Sequence record: ON286975
DNA: 64,000 bases
From: Escherichia phage I29
Strand: one strand, 5' to 3'
Within the stretch, counting starts at the first letter, position 1. Every line of letters starts with the position of its first letter. A program made the position numbers and the translations under genes. Below, one piece after another: positions 19,263 to 28,773 of this stretch. The notes under the pieces are model-generated. The model made no database searches. It saw only the letters and a program-made list of their open reading frames with translations, and was not told the origin of the DNA.

Positions 19263-21008
19263 TTAACGTTGTGCAATTACTACGTCTACGATATCACCAA
19301 CACCACAATATGTTAATTGCAGCAAGGTAACACTATTAGCCTTGTTATTAATAACAGGCGTTGCCGACAGGATAGCATACTTATCGTGCAAAGTCACGTT
19401 GTGACCTACAGCATCCTGAATGACATAGATAACCGCAGTGAATGGATAAGGTTTATCTTCCGCTGATGTACCAGGCCATTGTCCTATTGTAAAATCCCCT
19501 TTCGCGTGGACAACATACATACTGGCCTGCCCGTTAGGTGTCCATGTCCCACTGGACGCGTCAACCTCCTCTAAATCAAAATCTACCTTTCCTGCGTGGA
19601 AAGTAGGGGCAGTAATGGTTTTACCCGCCTCAATTTCTTGAGAGGTGGTTATCTTGCCACTGGAGTTAATGCCATTACAAACAAAGTTGACATTAGAGAA
19701 GTCTGGCAGCCACCCAGTCACTGTGCCGGATATTTCAAGGTTGTGAAGGTAGGTGGTGCCCGTCCCTGCTGCGTTTAAACTAACATCTCCATTTACCTGC
19801 AAGTTTCTGGTAACGTTGCAGTTTTCAGAGTTTGCAGTTGTTGCAGTTAAAGTAGTGGTTGTCAGCTCGGTAATTACACCTTTGTTGGCTGTAAGCCCTT
19901 CCCCTTCAAAAGTTGCACGCTCATTGACTCTTAGGGTATTCAGAGCTATGTTTTGGATAGAGGCTGTACCTCGAATAACTACAGATCCGCCAACTTCTAA
20001 ATCACCATTTATTAATGCGTCCCCCGTGCTTTCAATATAGCTAGGGTAAATCATGGTGCCATCGACAGAGTAGGTTATCCCTGTAACAGTGCCTGTCACC
20101 TCAAGGTTCTTAACCCTGGTGGTTCCATCTACCTGCAATGTCGGTTCGGTTGCTGCCTTCATGGCATTACCACGAATGTACACGTAGTCAAAAAAGTTAT
20201 TACCTAGACCATCAAAATGCACATCGTTATTATTAGCCACTGGTTTCCCAGAAGTTATAGTGTCAGCTATAACCCTGTGGGTGGACACTTCATGAGGTTG
20301 CAGCTCTGTGCTTCTCCAGTCTGCATGCTTAGGATCACTCCACGCAAAAGTAAGTGTAGAAGTATTTGCCGTGAGGATTAGGTTCCTGAAGCGTGCAGTA
20401 GAATCTGCTCCATTAACAGACCCATGTAAGGTGAGTGTGCCACCAACTATAGTGTTAGCAAGTTCTGTAAGACCTTTTACCACCAAAGACCCTACAGTAA
20501 CTTTCATTCCCTCCATGGCTTCAAATATGCTATCCACATAGTCAACAACAAACTCTGTGTTTGCTATAGACTCGGATTTGTCGTCCATTGGAGGCGTAGG
20601 TACTCGCGGGTCACCTTCGAACCTCGGACTGTTAAGTTTTGCGTAGTATTTTGCCATTACTGCAGAATCGGTATATAATCTCCAGTTTGGAGATTGTGAA
20701 GGATCTGCTGGCATTCTAACCGGGTTAGATTTTGATGCTGCGGGAGCGTACCACCACTGAGGGCCTGTGTCCCCTTTAAACTCGTACAGCTGGTTAAAAA
20801 CTGTTGTGGATGCACCATACGCCCAAGGGATCGGTGGCGTTTTAAAATAAAGGGTGTCAAGCATGGCTTTTCGTACCGTAGGGATGGTGGTCCCATCCTC
20901 TACGACAACTTCATCCACAGCGTTACCGTTGACAATCAGGTGCAAACGCTCAGAATCAACAATTACTTGATCTACCGCCTGCTCAAAGCTTGTCATGTCT
21001 TGCGCCAT
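19263..21008 (-). CDS. tail fibre/spike-like protein, 581 aa
   Basis: Repetitive Thr/Gly/Asn-rich beta-type sequence typical of fibre shafts; located in fibre block. Confidence 0.45.
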   Translation of the reverse strand: MAQDMTSFEQAVDQVIVDSERLHLIVNGNAVDEVVVEDGTTIPTVRKAMLDTLYFKTPPIPWAYGASTTVFNQLYEFKGDTGPQWWYAPAASKSNPVRMPADPSQSPNWRLYTDSAVMAKYYAKLNSPRFEGDPRVPTPPMDDKSESIANTEFVVDYVDSIFEAMEGMKVTVGSLVVKGLTELANTIVGGTLTLHGSVNGADSTARFRNLILTANTSTLTFAWSDPKHADWRSTELQPHEVSTHRVIADTITSGKPVANNNDVHFDGLGNNFFDYVYIRGNAMKAATEPTLQVDGTTRVKNLEVTGTVTGITYSVDGTMIYPSYIESTGDALINGDLEVGGSVVIRGTASIQNIALNTLRVNERATFEGEGLTANKGVITELTTTTLTATTANSENCNVTRNLQVNGDVSLNAAGTGTTYLHNLEISGTVTGWLPDFSNVNFVCNGINSSGKITTSQEIEAGKTITAPTFHAGKVDFDLEEVDASSGTWTPNGQASMYVVHAKGDFTIGQWPGTSAEDKPYPFTAVIYVIQDAVGHNVTLHDKYAILSATPVINNKANSVTLLQLTYCGVGDIVDVVIAQR

Positions 21009-21017
21009 GATTTCTCC

Positions 21018-21284
21018 TTAAGCTTTTTGCTCTTCGTTTTTAACGTGGTCAGGGTGCTGGCAACCCCACCGGAGCGAGATGAATTTGCTAATAAGCTGGG
21101 GGCAGGCTACTGAAGGTGCATATATCCACGCATACCATTCAGGAAGCGTATCATTGTACCCCATATGAATAAACACCCCAGTCATCACCGCCATGCCTAT
21201 GTTTGACCATAGCTTAGATTGGGACACTTTCGTAGGGTCATCAGATGCCGCAACCAGTCCCCATAAAAACTGAGTTAGTTTCAT
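21018..21284 (-). CDS. small membrane protein, 88 aa
   Basis: Two to three hydrophobic helices and a charged C-terminus (HVKNEEQKA). Confidence 0.4.
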   Translation of the reverse strand: MKLTQFLWGLVAASDDPTKVSQSKLWSNIGMAVMTGVFIHMGYNDTLPEWYAWIYAPSVACPQLISKFISLRWGCQHPDHVKNEEQKA

Positions 21285-21295
21285 TTACCCTCTTT

Positions 21296-22342
21296 TTAAG
21301 CATAAGATATAGTGATCCATTGACCATTTACAAGTTTTTGGATAGCACCTGTCCAGTAATCACCTTGATAAGGGTGTTTATAAGCGTAGTTACCCGAGCA
21401 CATCACATGTCCAGGGTAGACTCTTGACTCTCTGTAGGTGGTTTTGAAACGGTTTGCTATCCTTACATCATCAACCCCTCTGCTGGGCATAGGGATAGTA
21501 AGGTTACCACTACTGTCTGCGCCGTTACCATTTACCCTGCGGACCACGTTTCTTCCACCAACTGTTGCATATTGACCCCTGACTGTTTCATCGTTACAAT
21601 CAACTCTTCCACCTATTTGAGCGCTTCCACAGGATTGTTGTCCATTAACAGTAGCTCTTGGTATCGTAACTGCATTGGCATTTGCAGAGGAACTTTTTGC
21701 ATCGTTGCATTCAAGATTTCCTTGGATAGCCAGTCTTGCACGGTTGGCAGTTATAGCATTGAGCTTCATAGCCGAAAACACAGGATGCCCGCCAGAAGGT
21801 TGAAATCTCCAACGGAACCCGTCTATTTGGTGAGAAGGATCATCAAGGTCTGTGCCGTCAGCACCACCGATGTTGTCCATAATCCAGAAGTCCATCGTCG
21901 TCTTGTCTGGAGTTATGGTGGTATATATTGCCGCATTGTCTGTTGACGCAGATGCAAACTCGATTCTTTGAAGGCCTAAAGTTTGAGTCTGAGTCATTAT
22001 GTCTCCAGACTTGTCAACATACAGATCGTCCATTTCTTCAGGCGAGTATACATTGAGAACTTGACGTGCAGCAGCTTTGTCTGGAACGTCTGCTAGATTA
22101 TTAGTGACCCTTAAGAATCTATTATCCCATCCTGGGACAACATCTTCTGTTAAATGCTTTAACCACGCAGAAAGCATGTGAAGTTCAAAGTTAACAACTT
22201 CACATGCCACTCTTTGTGTCATATCCCAACCTTTCAATCTCTCTTCTTTTTTTGGTTGAGACTTATTCAACTCTCCCGTATTTTCAAGCACAACATCCTG
22301 ATTGGCCCAAATATCAAGAGGGATAACTGGTTTAGTCATCAC
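21296..22342 (-). CDS. tail fibre protein (paralog A), 348 aa
   Basis: Paralogous to 23354..24394: shared N-terminus (PLDIWA / PLEIWA, KGWD) and C-terminus LQKLVNGQWIT. Confidence 0.6.
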   Translation of the reverse strand: MMTKPVIPLDIWANQDVVLENTGELNKSQPKKEERLKGWDMTQRVACEVVNFELHMLSAWLKHLTEDVVPGWDNRFLRVTNNLADVPDKAAARQVLNVYSPEEMDDLYVDKSGDIMTQTQTLGLQRIEFASASTDNAAIYTTITPDKTTMDFWIMDNIGGADGTDLDDPSHQIDGFRWRFQPSGGHPVFSAMKLNAITANRARLAIQGNLECNDAKSSSANANAVTIPRATVNGQQSCGSAQIGGRVDCNDETVRGQYATVGGRNVVRRVNGNGADSSGNLTIPMPSRGVDDVRIANRFKTTYRESRVYPGHVMCSGNYAYKHPYQGDYWTGAIQKLVNGQWITISYA

Positions 22343-22428
22343 GTTCTCCTGAGAAAATTCCTTAGGACTATTTTAACACTTTAGGGAACAAAATGCAAGA
22401 ACGGAGTCCTTTCCGTTCTGACCTTTGT

Positions 22429-22743
22429 TTACCTTTTACTATGCTCTACAAGCATGTGCAAAATCTTTTGTACATCGGCTCTGATGCCGGAGACATCTGT
22501 CCTGACATCCTGCTTAAGGTCGTTAATATCGGCCTCTAGCTTGCTTAACCGGGTCTCTATAACGGAATCAAGTTTATCTTTTGTAACCATACTGTTTTTC
22601 ACTAAGATGAGGTCTTTCTCCAGCTCATCCAACCTCTTGGAAATGCCTTTCCATTTGGTGTGCCACTGGTTGAAAGCCCATACACAGATCGGGACAACGG
22701 TACCCATGCAGATACCGTACAATGCCGCCAAATCCAACTCCAC
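22429..22743 (-). CDS. membrane-anchored coiled-coil protein, 104 aa
   Basis: N-terminal hydrophobic helix LAALYGICMGTVVPICVWAF followed by charged coiled-coil-like segment. Confidence 0.4.
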   Translation of the reverse strand: MELDLAALYGICMGTVVPICVWAFNQWHTKWKGISKRLDELEKDLILVKNSMVTKDKLDSVIETRLSKLEADINDLKQDVRTDVSGIRADVQKILHMLVEHSKR

Positions 22744-22754
22744 AACACCTCCTC

Positions 22755-23339
22755 TTAGAGGGTAGGTCGCTCCGGGAAGAAAATGTCAGGGGCTTTAGAT
22801 GTATCTATTTCAAGAAGTTTTACCCTGTACATTTTCAAATCTCTGATGTTACGTTTCTGGTCATCAGTAAGATCATATTCAAGGTCAATCATGTCTTGAT
22901 AGGCACCAATTCTAGCAGTAGCCCAAGCAAGTTCTGTCTCTATGACACCCTCTGCCTGTTGAACAAAGAATTCATTGTCTGTGACAAATTCATCACCAAC
23001 TAAACGCAAAGCGTCGTGGTGAAGCATAATGTTTTCTGGTACCTCTTCTTTTTTGGCGATAACCACACGAAGACCTGGAGCAGGCCATAAGGCATCAGGT
23101 TCTTCTGTAGATGTCTTAAGAATTCCCTTCTCGTCAACAAGTAGGAAGATACACCCTGGATTTTCTTGTCGTAATGTTCGTGACTGCACATACCAATCAC
23201 CATCATCATTACGTAAAAAATACCCAGTGTATGCGGTGTAATCCTCGACCTCTTGAGGGGTCAGCTCCTTGGTTTCCTTGTTGGAGTAGTATTCGCCAGA
23301 TCCCGGTTGGTAAAGTTTAAACTCTTGAAGTATTTTCAT
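22755..23339 (-). CDS. tail fibre assembly protein (Tfa-like chaperone)
   Basis: C-terminal segment YRVKLLEIDTSKAPDIFFPERP resembles the conserved C-terminus of tail fibre assembly proteins; lies immediately downstream of a fibre gene. Confidence 0.6.
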   Translation of the reverse strand: MKILQEFKLYQPGSGEYYSNKETKELTPQEVEDYTAYTGYFLRNDDGDWYVQSRTLRQENPGCIFLLVDEKGILKTSTEEPDALWPAPGLRVVIAKKEEVPENIMLHHDALRLVGDEFVTDNEFFVQQAEGVIETELAWATARIGAYQDMIDLEYDLTDDQKRNIRDLKMYRVKLLEIDTSKAPDIFFPERPTL

Positions 23340-23353
23340 GCTAGTCCTCCGAT

Positions 23354-24394
23354 CTATGCATAATTAACAGTGATCCATTGACCATTTACAAGTTTTTGTA
23401 AAGGTCCTGCCCAGTAGGTTGAACCACGCATCTCTTTTTTGTCACCGAAATGCCAGCCTGTGACAACGTAGCCGTTGCGGATTGGAGATTCAGAAACGCC
23501 GTCCACAAGTCTTGCACCGATTCTGATGTCTTGCACACCTGTCTGCGGGATAGTGATCGTTACATCACCGTTACCGTTAGCCGTCACTCCATTCACGGAG
23601 CGCACCACATTTCTGTTACCGACAACACAGTGCTGGCTTCTTACAACCATACTGTCACAACTTGCACCACCATTAACATATACTGACCCAGCCGTCAACT
23701 GACTAGCCACATTACAGTTGGTGAATGTTGCTGTATTGCTGATAGTAAGGTTATTGCACCTCATGTTATCGACAACTTCAACATTGCCTACCACTTTCAA
23801 CAGTGCACGATTAGCCGTGATCGCGTTAAGGTACATCAAAGTGAACTCTGGATTAATATCCGGCTGAGTTGGCTGGAATCTCCAACGAAACGCATCTACT
23901 GTAGATGTACCACCATCATCAAACGACCCGGTATTATCACTTAACCCAAAGTCGAGAGTTGTCTTATCTGGGCCAATAGTTGTCTCTATCCAAGCCTTAT
24001 CTGTCTCGGCAGCTTTAAAGTTGATACGTTGCAACCCCAAGGGGCCTGTCATTGTATCACCTGTAACTTTTACATACCTGGCGTCTGCCTCTTCCTTAGT
24101 GATAATCCCAAGGTTTCTACGGGCAACAGGGATGTTCAAAAGATCGCTCAAGTTATTATCACGTACCAGATAACGGCCTTCTTGAGCGGGGATCTGCTCG
24201 TCAGCAATGTATTTTGCCCAAGTTCCGAGCATATTGAAAATATAGTTAAGTTCTTCACAGGATGGCTTTTGACCAAGATCCCAACCTTTTCTCCACAAAT
24301 CATCAATCGGGCGTAGCCTGTTCTGTCTGTGGGTGTTAGGCAGAACCTGATCCTCCTCTGCCCAAATCTCTAATGGAAAACTAGGTTTTGACAT
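23354..24394 (-). CDS. tail fibre protein (paralog B), 346 aa
   Basis: Paralog of 21296..22342 (see above); followed by Tfa-like gene. Confidence 0.6.
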   Translation of the reverse strand: MSKPSFPLEIWAEEDQVLPNTHRQNRLRPIDDLWRKGWDLGQKPSCEELNYIFNMLGTWAKYIADEQIPAQEGRYLVRDNNLSDLLNIPVARRNLGIITKEEADARYVKVTGDTMTGPLGLQRINFKAAETDKAWIETTIGPDKTTLDFGLSDNTGSFDDGGTSTVDAFRWRFQPTQPDINPEFTLMYLNAITANRALLKVVGNVEVVDNMRCNNLTISNTATFTNCNVASQLTAGSVYVNGGASCDSMVVRSQHCVVGNRNVVRSVNGVTANGNGDVTITIPQTGVQDIRIGARLVDGVSESPIRNGYVVTGWHFGDKKEMRGSTYWAGPLQKLVNGQWITVNYA

Positions 24395-24406
24395 TTTATC
24401 TCCTGA

Positions 24407-26479
24407 TTATGAGAAGTCTGGAGGGACAACATCTTCTACATACCCTTTCAGAGCAACCTGCCCCATATGAAGCACGGTAGAATCTCTGGCTGTAACAGTG
24501 ATGCTGTCAGACATTACTTGCGGGTATGCCCACACATACTGTTTTACCTCAGGGTATCTATACTCTATGGTTGCCATGTTTCCGCAGATACATCTCCATA
24601 AAAATTCTTGGTAATTCCTGGTTGGGTCGTAGCCATATACCGGAGCAAGCTCTTTACTAGGAACGAACCCTGCAAGGTATTGTATTTCAGACGGTTGCCA
24701 ACCTAACTTAACGATAGGTATGTTTACAGACTCTTTTGCCTTTTCAATACCTCCCTGCATCACCCAATCGTAGCACTCGGTGCAGAAGAAATCAAGAGCA
24801 CCTGCTTCCTTTTTATATTGGTCAGCAAGGTTCAGCTTTTGCGTAAGCTCGGTTTCCATGATGGTTGGGAAAAACAGCAAAGCTGTCATCTGAGCTGATG
24901 CAGCGTGTGCCTTTATTGCCTTTGAAATAGCCGCAATACGAGCGCCAAGCTTACCACGACAAAATGCTACATACTTGTCGTAAACACCGCCAGTTTTAGG
25001 ATCGTCAATAGTCCCAATATCTAATGCATACTCACCTGTCTCATCATAAAACGCCTGCTTTGTAGGGTAATCATAAATACAAGGTCTACGAGTATCGGTA
25101 TTGTACCACCACCACGGTTCACCAACCTGCATAATCACTGGCAGGTTGTTTCTCATAGCGGCTGATGCAAAATTCTTAAATACTGCAGTAAGGAAATTCA
25201 TACCCTCTTCAATGGTTGGAGACAGGAGGTAGCTACAGGGTGTATACCCTGTTTTAGCGTAGTTATCGTTCCAGTCTCTTTGGGTCCATTCCAACGGGCA
25301 GGCATCGCTGAAAAGCTCAAAACTTACAGATTGCATAACGTCGAAGTTATGTCGTTTGGCATTGTACATAAAATCATCATGCCATTTATAAGCTGCAGCG
25401 TTTAGCGCCCCTGTTCTGTTTATAGACCATTGGGTTCCTGACCATGTGTAGTCATAATAATGACTCATACCAACATAATGGTTTATGGTTCCGGTATAGC
25501 CCAGACGCTTGATATTGTTCAACACCCTTAAAGGAGATACGTTCCACATATCGTCATATGCGGTGCAGATCCCAACGTCGTGCTCTTTAACCTGAATATT
25601 GTTAAGTTGCATCATTTTCCAGCCTGTGTCTGGCTGGAGCAGATCTAGGCGCAACTCACACTCTACATTTTCCGTTCTCGGGTCTGTGCTATTACTTACC
25701 CAGTCTTTAGGCATAAGCGGTATTAAAATCCTTCTCACCTGTCGAGGATCAACACCCATCATGTTGTTGTTCTGATCCATCCCGACGCAGTCCTCGAAAT
25801 CAATATGAATCTCTGCAACATTCTTATCCTCTGAGATGCTGACAGCATATTGAGCTAAAGGAACATAGATGATTGTGCCATCAACAAGGTCTACAGTCAT
25901 AATCATCTTTTCAGGGGTGGAGAAGTTGCTGGCATTGGTTATTGACATTCTGAACCAAAGCTTGGTGTTTCTCATCTCATAGTGATCATCAAACCCAATA
26001 CCGAAATGGTCATACTTGTCAACTGTTTCCCAAATGCACCCAGCCATACCTCCATATGTTCTTGACACTAAACGGTTAATACAACAGTTGTTATCTGCAA
26101 CAATACAGGTACTTTCAGTCTGCTGAGTAGTTGTAACCCAATACCTTGGGTGAAACATTCTCTCCTCAACAGTATCCCAAGATATCCTGTCAAGATTCTC
26201 ATCTGAAACTATTGTACATTTCGCCCTTTGTGTTCCAATCATCACCCCTTGAGATTTTGATGAAAACTCCATAAAGAAGCTTCTTGGCAACCTGTTGGGT
26301 AATTTGTCAACAATTTCCACAGGGATCTCAATACTGGTTGCCCCAATTGGGATAGTTACATCGCCCTCAACATGATTATAATCCCTACCAGGAACGGCAG
26401 TATCCTGAACTGTTCGGTAATGAAACTGTGCAGCCATTGTAGAGTAATCACGGTAAGGTTTAAAAACAGCTGTTGCCAT
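24407..26479 (-). CDS. tail-associated protein, 690 aa, with Calx-beta-like N-terminal motif
   Basis: N-terminal VPGRDYNHVEGDVTIPIGATSIEIPVEIVD resembles Calx-beta repeat; Trp-rich central region of unknown function. Confidence 0.45.
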   Translation of the reverse strand: MATAVFKPYRDYSTMAAQFHYRTVQDTAVPGRDYNHVEGDVTIPIGATSIEIPVEIVDKLPNRLPRSFFMEFSSKSQGVMIGTQRAKCTIVSDENLDRISWDTVEERMFHPRYWVTTTQQTESTCIVADNNCCINRLVSRTYGGMAGCIWETVDKYDHFGIGFDDHYEMRNTKLWFRMSITNASNFSTPEKMIMTVDLVDGTIIYVPLAQYAVSISEDKNVAEIHIDFEDCVGMDQNNNMMGVDPRQVRRILIPLMPKDWVSNSTDPRTENVECELRLDLLQPDTGWKMMQLNNIQVKEHDVGICTAYDDMWNVSPLRVLNNIKRLGYTGTINHYVGMSHYYDYTWSGTQWSINRTGALNAAAYKWHDDFMYNAKRHNFDVMQSVSFELFSDACPLEWTQRDWNDNYAKTGYTPCSYLLSPTIEEGMNFLTAVFKNFASAAMRNNLPVIMQVGEPWWWYNTDTRRPCIYDYPTKQAFYDETGEYALDIGTIDDPKTGGVYDKYVAFCRGKLGARIAAISKAIKAHAASAQMTALLFFPTIMETELTQKLNLADQYKKEAGALDFFCTECYDWVMQGGIEKAKESVNIPIVKLGWQPSEIQYLAGFVPSKELAPVYGYDPTRNYQEFLWRCICGNMATIEYRYPEVKQYVWAYPQVMSDSITVTARDSTVLHMGQVALKGYVEDVVPPDFS

Positions 26480-27165
26480 TAACCCTCCTGTCTAGTTGCG
26501 TTTACTGTAATACTTTCACAATAAATGGTTGTGGTGTCCCAATCAGGTCTTACGTCAGGAACATATAGCAAAGTAGCCAGCCCACCAACTCCGAATTGGC
26601 TTTCTTCCCACACTGATCCGAAGCCAAGAGCTGTAGAGTCCCCTTCAAAACCAAAAGCTTGCCCTTGCGATTCTGTAAGACGCAAATGACAAGGTAATGG
26701 TAGCATATCTAAGATCTGATCGATAGACTGCAATATGTCAAAGCAAGTTTTTCTAATATTTATGTCAAACCTGAAGTTGTCTCCTTTCCACGTATCGAAA
26801 TTGTCTCTTCCGAACAATTGTCGCAAGGTGGAGATGACATCTTCGCGAGTCCCGCCCCTTGATGCTGCGGCCTGCTGAATAATTAGTGTGGCACGAAAAT
26901 CAGCATCTGAAAGTCCATTCCTAAGAATACCAAGTTGATTACCAACTTCGTCAAGGTATCTTCCGCTGGCATTGTTAAGCAATCTTCCTTCAGCCAAACC
27001 TACCAGCATCTTATCAACATCCTCCAACCTTTTAAGGTATACGGTTAAGAATGTGACTAAATTAACCTTCTCAGCCAGAAAATCTCCAGGTAGGTAGTCA
27101 AGACCTCCCTGAACAAAATCTGGCAGAGCGTGGATGTGGTTAACATCCGACTTAATCTCTGCCAT
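26479..27165 (-). CDS. hypothetical tail/baseplate protein, 228 aa
   Basis: ORF in baseplate/fibre block, start overlapping upstream stop. Confidence 0.45.
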   Translation of the reverse strand: MAEIKSDVNHIHALPDFVQGGLDYLPGDFLAEKVNLVTFLTVYLKRLEDVDKMLVGLAEGRLLNNASGRYLDEVGNQLGILRNGLSDADFRATLIIQQAAASRGGTREDVISTLRQLFGRDNFDTWKGDNFRFDINIRKTCFDILQSIDQILDMLPLPCHLRLTESQGQAFGFEGDSTALGFGSVWEESQFGVGGLATLLYVPDVRPDWDTTTIYCESITVNATRQEG

Positions 27166-27176
27166 ATCTCGCCGCC

Positions 27177-27554
27177 TTAAATAGTTTGTTGGAAAGTTAT
27201 ATTACTTTCGTCGAGGTCAAACACCTCGGTCATGTTCGCAACAATATCGTTTGTAGTGTAAGCTTCATCAGAAGCTCCTACGGATTTAACTTGAATTACC
27301 AGTCTATTAAATCTGCCTATTGACACAGCAGCAGATGCAGCACCTACCAATTGGATATTATACAACGTATCTGCAACATCCAGTCCGTTAACAACCTGCA
27401 AAAGAGCCTCTATAATGGCATCTTTTTCGGTTGTTAACGGACTGGATGTTGCAGATACGTTGTATAATATCCAATTGGTAGGTGTTTGCCTTGGAGTAAT
27501 AAATTCTTTCAGTTTGACCGTCAGATGTAGTGACATCGTAGAAAATATTACCAT
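27177..27554 (-). CDS. ORF fragment, possibly C-terminal part of the split baseplate-J-like gene
   Basis: +1 frame relative to the upstream ORF, overlapping it by 167 nt; reads in frame through both arms of the 56-bp inverted repeat. Confidence 0.35.
   Translation of the reverse strand: MVIFSTMSLHLTVKLKEFITPRQTPTNWILYNVSATSSPLTTEKDAIIEALLQVVNGLDVADTLYNIQLVGAASAAVSIGRFNRLVIQVKSVGASDEAYTTNDIVANMTEVFDLDESNITFQQTI
27341..27484. repeat. perfect 56-bp inverted repeat with 32-bp spacer
   Basis: 27341-27396 is the exact reverse complement of 27429-27484; flanking bases 27340/27485 and 27397/27428 do not pair. Confidence 0.9.
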
Positions 27555-28668
27555 AAGTCCTGTTCGTACAGGCTATAGTTTGGTAAAGTGCTTGGCAAAT
27601 GTCTTCCGTTGCACCACCAAACACAACCACTTGGAACTTGTAAGGAGGTATACCTTTAGCATCAGTTTTATCGGTGTTGTTGGAGAACACTCTCACTTTC
27701 TCAACACCTTTCACCTCGCTTACAGCGCTAAGGATTGCAGGACGGGTAGCCTTAGATGTTAACTGTTTTGTGCTGGAAGCTCTTAAGCGATACTCTGAGT
27801 CTTTCTCAACATCCCTGCCCTCATTGAATCTTTCTCGGTTGGTAAGCTTGATAAATCCACTAGGAGTAGGTGACATTGTTGTCACGGTTTCTGCTTCTCT
27901 TGACAGCTCACCAGCCTCGTTAGCGATAACATCCAGTGTGATAGTTCTTTCCCCTACAATCGGGGATACTCTGAAATCTACCCTGCTGTTAAGCCCAACT
28001 TGATCAAGATTCGAATTGTACCCTATCCACAACGTTCCTGTCAACATATCGATCTGAATCAAATCGTCGTTCAACAGGGTTGTATTATCGACAATGAATT
28101 GCTTAATCTCTCCGTAAAAGCTTGGCAAATCAGAAGAGTCCAGAGACTTATCTGTTAAAACCAGGCTTTTTGTTTTGATACTTCCATCTGTCTGGTTGGT
28201 AATTTGGAAGTTGTATTTCCCAATCCTTAGGTCTGGAGCATTTATTCTGTGAGCAATAAGATTCCCTGCTACTTGCACATCGTTGCTAAGAACAAAGTTG
28301 CCACTGTCCAGCGTATAAGTTTTGGAATCATAAATCATATTGTACGGCACAGTTGTGTTGATTGTCAACTGGCAGGTACCTGATGATTTAGAACGGCCTC
28401 TTCGGTAAATACCCTGTCTTCCAAGAAGCTCATCTAGGTAAATACCTTCTGCCCCATACAGCGTCTGTGATGCGTATACAGATGCTGCCATAAGAATAAG
28501 TTGATACTCTCGCTCGTTGAAGATAGTGGTCAGCTTATCTGCAACGGAGTTACTCTGTACGTTGAAGTTTTCGCCAAAAGCACGGATCAGGCTTTGCTTA
28601 GTTTCAACGATTAGGTCATTTAGGGTTGGTATAACGAAACCAGCCTCTGTCAATCCATACTTAGCCAC
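27388..28668 (-). CDS. baseplate J-like protein (apparently truncated at the inverted repeat)
   Basis: N-terminus MAKYGLTEAGFVIPTLNDL... follows the pattern of baseplate J (gp47/gpJ)-family proteins; stop codon lies 6 nt into the second repeat arm. Confidence 0.55.
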   Translation of the reverse strand: MAKYGLTEAGFVIPTLNDLIVETKQSLIRAFGENFNVQSNSVADKLTTIFNEREYQLILMAASVYASQTLYGAEGIYLDELLGRQGIYRRGRSKSSGTCQLTINTTVPYNMIYDSKTYTLDSGNFVLSNDVQVAGNLIAHRINAPDLRIGKYNFQITNQTDGSIKTKSLVLTDKSLDSSDLPSFYGEIKQFIVDNTTLLNDDLIQIDMLTGTLWIGYNSNLDQVGLNSRVDFRVSPIVGERTITLDVIANEAGELSREAETVTTMSPTPSGFIKLTNRERFNEGRDVEKDSEYRLRASSTKQLTSKATRPAILSAVSEVKGVEKVRVFSNNTDKTDAKGIPPYKFQVVVFGGATEDICQALYQTIACTNRTYGNIFYDVTTSDGQTERIYYSKANTYQLDIIQRICNIQSVNNRKRCHYRGSFAGC

Positions 28669-28737
28669 GTCACTCCTCCGGTATGAAAATCTCTACAAGG
28701 TATTTTACCAAATTTTGTAACAATAGTCAATCTGAGC

Positions 28738-28766
28738 ATAAAAATAAACCCCGCCGAAGCGGGGCT
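28738..28766 (-). terminator. intrinsic terminator, UUCG-tetraloop hairpin
   Basis: Minus-strand CCCCGC-UUCG-GCGGGG (28749-28764) followed by UUUAUUUUUAU, directly after stop of J-like fibre gene. Confidence 0.65.
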
Positions 28767-28773
28767 TTAAAGG

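Noticed and set aside
27341-27484. Inverted repeat as a Gin/Cin-type invertible tail-fibre switch
   Set aside because: The arms flank only a 32-bp spacer rather than alternative fibre exons, and no recombinase gene is present in the window.
27415-27762. Plus-strand ORF whose N-terminus repeats the peptide VVNGLDVADTLYNIQLVG
   Set aside because: The peptide identity is a mechanical consequence of the 56-bp inverted repeat, not evidence for a real gene.
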